Assembly (NCBI RefSeq): GCF_028641065.1
Contig: NC_073384.1
Location: 16,864,001 to 16,928,000 of the forward strand
DNA length: 64,000 nt
From: Leucoraja erinacea
Lineage: Eukaryota
Reading direction: 5' to 3'
A model generated the notes under the pieces. The model searched no databases. It was given only the letters and a program-made list of their open reading frames with translations, and was not told the origin of the DNA. A program made the translations under genes and the position numbers. Below, one piece after another: positions 63,393-64,000 of this stretch. The stretch's first letter is position 1, and each line of letters opens with the position of its first letter.

Positions 63393-63449
63393 GTTGTATG
63401 GTTATAAAGTGGGCCAAAAGCGGTCAAGATCAGACTTTTAGTAATATAG

Positions 63450-64000
63450 TGGGATCCAGTTAATCAACTGGTTCCCATCTATAAAGTTAATCAACAGGAT
63501 AAAAAATTGGCTTCATGGAAGGCAGCAGAGGGTGATGGTGATGGGTTGTTTATCGGACTGGAAGTCTATGTGGTGTGTTCCAGGGATCGGTGCTGTGCCC
63601 ATTGCTGTGCAGTTTATATCAGCGATTTGGCTGAGAATGTAGAAGGCATGATTAGTGAGTTTGCAGTGACACTAAAATGGCTGATTTCATAGATAGTGAA
63701 GATAATTAATTTGTTACAGTAAGAATATTGTTAAGTGAGAATGTGTGCAAAGGAGATGTATAAGCATGTTGTCACAACTTGAAGGCCCTAACTATAACAA
63801 GAGGTTGGGCTGGCCAGGGTTTTATTCCTTGGAGCCCAGGAGGCCGAGGGATTACCTTATATAAATTTATAGGATCATGAAGGGGATAGGTAGTGTGAAT
63901 GCACAGTGTCTTTTACCCAGAGTTGGGGAATCAAGAACCAGAGGACATAGACGAGAGAGGAAAGATTCAATAGAAAACTGAGGGGCAACGTTTTCAAACA
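63450..64000 (+). mobile_element. Degenerate CR1-type LINE, continuation of 56520-57185
   Basis: YISDLAENVEGMISEFA remnant; frame continuous across the Helitron insertion. Confidence 0.7.

Larger units (their letters stand above)
57186..63449 (-). mobile_element. Composite non-autonomous Helitron
   Basis: 3' hairpin GGGACCC-AAC-GGGTCCC 7 nt before terminal CTAG; inserted between A57185 and T63450 with no TSD; joined flanks restore a CR1 RT frame (HGKLLWKFRLYGIQ). Confidence 0.75.

Overview
Vertebrate genomic DNA, very probably a cartilaginous fish (skate/ray/shark), inferred from dense HE1-type SINEs, HER1/CR1-type LINEs, Rex1-like LINEs and Penelope-derived short repeats. There are two convergent spliced genes. 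(1) On +, the last four coding exons (453-3929) of a ZNF395/ZNF704/SLC2A4RG-family C2H2 + C-clamp transcription factor. (2) On -, a complete 9-exon, ~596-aa type I membrane receptor gene (56134->16615), reconstructed by hand with consistent splice phases: a leader, four tandem germline-joined V-J immunoglobulin domains, an uncharged TM, and a tail with NPxY, an ITIM (ILYADI) and an ITSM (TEYAAI), behind a PU.1/ETS-rich TATA-less promoter. It looks like a non-rearranging, antigen-receptor-like inhibitory leukocyte receptor. Domains 2 and 4 are 96.5% identical only within the exon, and domains 3-4 are bracketed by an inverted repeat pair. The rest is TE-derived: nested LINEs, an ERV remnant, many minimal hammerhead-ribozyme motifs in Penelope-derived repeats, and a 6.3-kb composite Helitron with internal satellites and a nested hAT-like element just upstream of the receptor promoter. 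All coordinates and identities were read by eye.
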